64,000 nucleotides of DNA from Klebsormidium nitens (Eukaryota; Plantae; Klebsormidiophyceae), in the NCBI GenBank assembly GCA_000708835.1, contig DF237360.1, forward strand, positions 19,067-83,066, written 5' to 3'. Made by a program: the position numbers and the translations under genes. A model generated the notes under the pieces. The model saw only the letters and a list, made by a program, of their open reading frames with translations. It had not been told where the DNA came from and did not search any database. How positions within the stretch are numbered: position 1 is the first letter of the stretch; each line of letters begins with the position of its first letter. Of the stretch, positions 61,101-64,000 are shown piece after piece.

Positions 61101-62989
61101 AGGTGGGCGGAATACTGTCTTTCCTGTGTCTTCCTTACTTTCCTTCTCGATTCTTCTGCCGGTCTTCTTTAAACACCTTGCATCAGATGAATACGAGGTT
61201 CAAGGAAGAGGTCAAGAAAGCCGATCACCTGCGCTCCCCTTTAGGGCACATCCGACACCTGGAACCGAAAGGAAATCCTTGCGAAAACCCTCTGGGGTCT
61301 GTTCGTGCACCGCTGAAAACTTGTGCAATGGTCATTCATTATGCGTCGAGAAAGCACGTACCCCTGAATTCAAGCTTTCAGAGCATCTCAACGAAGCGTC
61401 CTGTAAGACAGAAGGCGACCAGAGTCAAAGTTGGTGTGCCCACGCTCACGTCATATGTGCCACGCGTTCTCATCTGAGCAGGGCAGCAAGTACTTTAAGC
61501 GCGTCCCCGCGTCCAGCGACATCAAGCTGATTGACTTCGGCAGCGCCACCTTCGACAACCAGTACCACTGCAGTGTCGTCTCCACGCGCCACTACCGCGC
61601 TCCCGAGGTCATCCTAGGTGAGACAGATTGTCCGCTTGCAGAAAAGCTGACGGGAGGCGCTTTCTGGGGTTGTCTCCGGTCTTGATTTTCCAGTGCGAAG
61701 GCGTTCGCTGAAGGACAGTCGGAGCAGCGCCGTCTCCATGCGACATTGCACGTGCGTCCAAGAGCTATCCGAGGTGGCTTCTGGGTTGTGTGAAAGCCGC
61801 GAAGTTTTTGTCTGTCCATGACGTGAGACGAAGTGGTTGCTACTCGACCGCGTGGATTAGCGAGTTGTTTTGGACACGTACACGTTTTCGTTGTGTTCTG
61901 CTGGATTCATCCAAGCTTGGGCGCCTTTTCTACTTTGTATAGGAAGCTCGCATACCGAGCAACTGAAGCGCACTTTCAAGTAACACTGTCAATCATGTGT
62001 GTTTTGGCCTTTGGAACCGTTCTGTTGTCACTCTTCCCCTTCTGCGCAGTCAAACATCAGCTTAGTAAATCGTTGTAATGAAGCCTCAGGTGACTACGAC
62101 AAGTACTGAGAGAAGCAGCTCTCTGTTGAGGCCCAGAACCCAGCGCAGAGGGCGGAAATTGATCGTTGCAAGAACGGATGCACTCTAAAACTTCGAGCTT
62201 GTGCTTCTGCAGGTCTGGGTTGGAGTTTCCCTTGCGATCTGTGGAGTGTGGGCTGCATACTGGTTGAGCTTGTAACGGTAAGGAAACTAGATTCACTTCA
62301 CTGGCCGCCTCTCAAATGGTCGCCTTTGTACTTTCTTCCGTTACAAAACCTGCGGGGTCGCTTTCGCAGGCCCACCTTTTTGCCCATTTTCAAGGCACCT
62401 GCTCCATGTATGAAAAAGGTGTTGCTTTTGCTGAGGTGCTAATCCTTATGAATAGCGGGTCGTCAAACGGCCGCCAAGTCGTTGAGATTCGCCGAGCGAG
62501 TATCCATGCACTCTTCATCAGCAATTAGCGCCGACTTATAATGATCGAACTCGCTCATACTGAACAGAGACTCGTCCGTCAGATTTTCGGGCTTTGTTCG
62601 ATCGGACCTGTTGTTCCCCATGACAGGGCGATGCGCTCTTCCAAACGCACGAGAACCTGGAACACCTCGCGATGATGGAGCGCGTCCTCGGGCCGATGCC
62701 GGTGTCGATGGTCAAGCGCGCGGACCGGCGGTCGGAAAAGTACTTCCGGAACGGGCGGGAGCTGAATTGGCCCGACGGTGCCGTGTCTCGAGAGAGCATA
62801 CGGGCGGTCCGTCGAGTGGCACGGTTACGGGACCTCATTACTGCGAGCGTCGATCACTCAGCTAGCGAGCTGGTTGATCTGATTCAGGGCTTGCTTGCGT
62901 ACGAGCCCCATGAGCGGACGCCAGCAAAAGAGGCCCTGAAGCATCCCTTCTTCCGGGATTCTAAAAGCAGTAGGGGGAGGTCAAGGTAA
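58158..62989 (+). CDS. AFC: LAMMER-family dual-specificity SR-protein kinase (AFC/CLK), 9 exons, ~417 aa
   Basis: Exons 58158-58232, 59310-59484, 59740-59766, 59981-60134, 60473-60524, 60896-61102, 61482-61617, 62213-62277, 62627-62989. Motifs: [54 protein letters not shown]. Confidence 0.95.
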
Positions 62990-63299
62990 GGGACGCGGCA
63001 GCGCTGGTTCGTCGGAAAACGTATTCATGTTTGCATTGGGTTTGCAAGAGCCCCCTCGGTTATTGGCCGGTATAGTAAGCAGTGTCCGGAGACTTTTATG
63101 TTTTGACTGTACAGTTAGTTCGACTGACTTAATGATGGCGCCTGCTCATGATTTGGCGGCGCTACTGCATCTGAACACTCCGCAAAGTAGTTGGCACAAG
63201 TTCAGATGCATTCATTCGCACCACGGCTTCAATGCGGCTCCAATGGTAGAGAAAGATCTGGCTCCCACGAGTGCCTTTAAGCATGCTTCTCAAACCATG

Positions 63300-64000
63300 C
63301 CAGTTCACAATTTTCTGGCTGCAGTGCATGGGTTGCAGTTTAACAGTGATTAAGCGGTCGGAGTGTATATACAAACACATCCGGCATCAGTCACCATTGA
63401 ACATCTACTGATGCGCTGTTGCCACAAATGGCACGTATGGGTCCCTGAACCGTCGTGATGCATGAGCCCACCGTACTAGGCTGAAATCGGTTTAACCGCA
63501 ATATCCATGCCAACTGCGGCCAAGGCCGGGCATATCATTGAGGGTGACAGTGAGCTGTTATTTGATTTCTTCAAGGGTGACTATGCACATGGTCCGATCA
63601 TGATTCAATGACCGTACATGTGCATGCAGGATCATTCGACCGATCCGGTCTCCTCAGATGCAATGGGCCACTGAGGGTGCACGTCGACCGTCCAATTGTA
63701 TACGCACAAGCTACCTATGGTGGGTCTCGACGGTATCGACCGCGCGACGGTCGGGTCTCAAATTTGTATGACCGGTGTCACGCGTCGCGACACATTTTGT
63801 ACGCAGTACTAACGATCGTACTCGGCCGTACTAGAGAATCGGGTCCGAATTCATGAATCGAGCTTTTCCTGACACGTCGATCAAACGGGCAATTACGTAC
63901 TACCCGGAGGTACGGTACCGTCGCGCGAGACTCGAGTCTGCGCGGCCGACAAATTTAAATTTCATGGTCTTGGTCGGAACTTCCGACTTGTACCGTGCAT
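63300..64000. other. Palindrome-dense island downstream of the AFC kinase
   Basis: ACGGTACCGT 63912, TCGCGCGA 63921, AGACTCGAGTCT 63928, AAATTTAAATTT 63951, plus GTGCAC, GTCGAC, CAATTG, GTATAC, ACCGGT, ACGCGT, CGATCG, GAATTC, TCATGA, TACGTA. Confidence 0.75.

Noticed and set aside
63850-63965. Cloning-vector polylinker
   Set aside because: The site order matches no polylinker I recognise, and the same style recurs at other 3' junctions. A UniVec check is still advisable.

Overview
Intron-rich eukaryotic nuclear DNA with plant-like proteins and GC-rich exons, most consistent with a streptophyte alga such as Klebsormidium (inference). I reconstructed eight spliced genes by hand, in strictly alternating orientation (- + - + - + - +): a HEAT-repeat protein, a LacZ-type GH2 beta-galactosidase, ARL5/ARFC1, a GONST3/4-type nucleotide-sugar transporter, a cyanobacterial-type LptC-like protein, condensin SMC4, a DUF3593 protein and a LAMMER/AFC kinase. 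Three things stand out. (1) Five 3' splice sites in four genes are preceded by tandem copies of [intron tail + AG + first 25-60 nt of the exon], with 104-168 bp units and 3-7 copies. Only the last copy continues into the exon, and in most arrays the copies decay with distance from it. (2) Palindrome-dense, purine/pyrimidine-alternating islands sit at the four complete tail-to-tail gaps and at both window ends downstream of gene 3' ends. (3) A nuclear, intron-containing LptC-like gene is present. Two clear MITEs, one possible MITE, a GC-AG intron, an 18-nt microexon and several intronic minisatellites were also seen. No rRNA, tRNA or CRISPR was found. All exon models, counts and family assignments are by eye or from memory; no database search was run.
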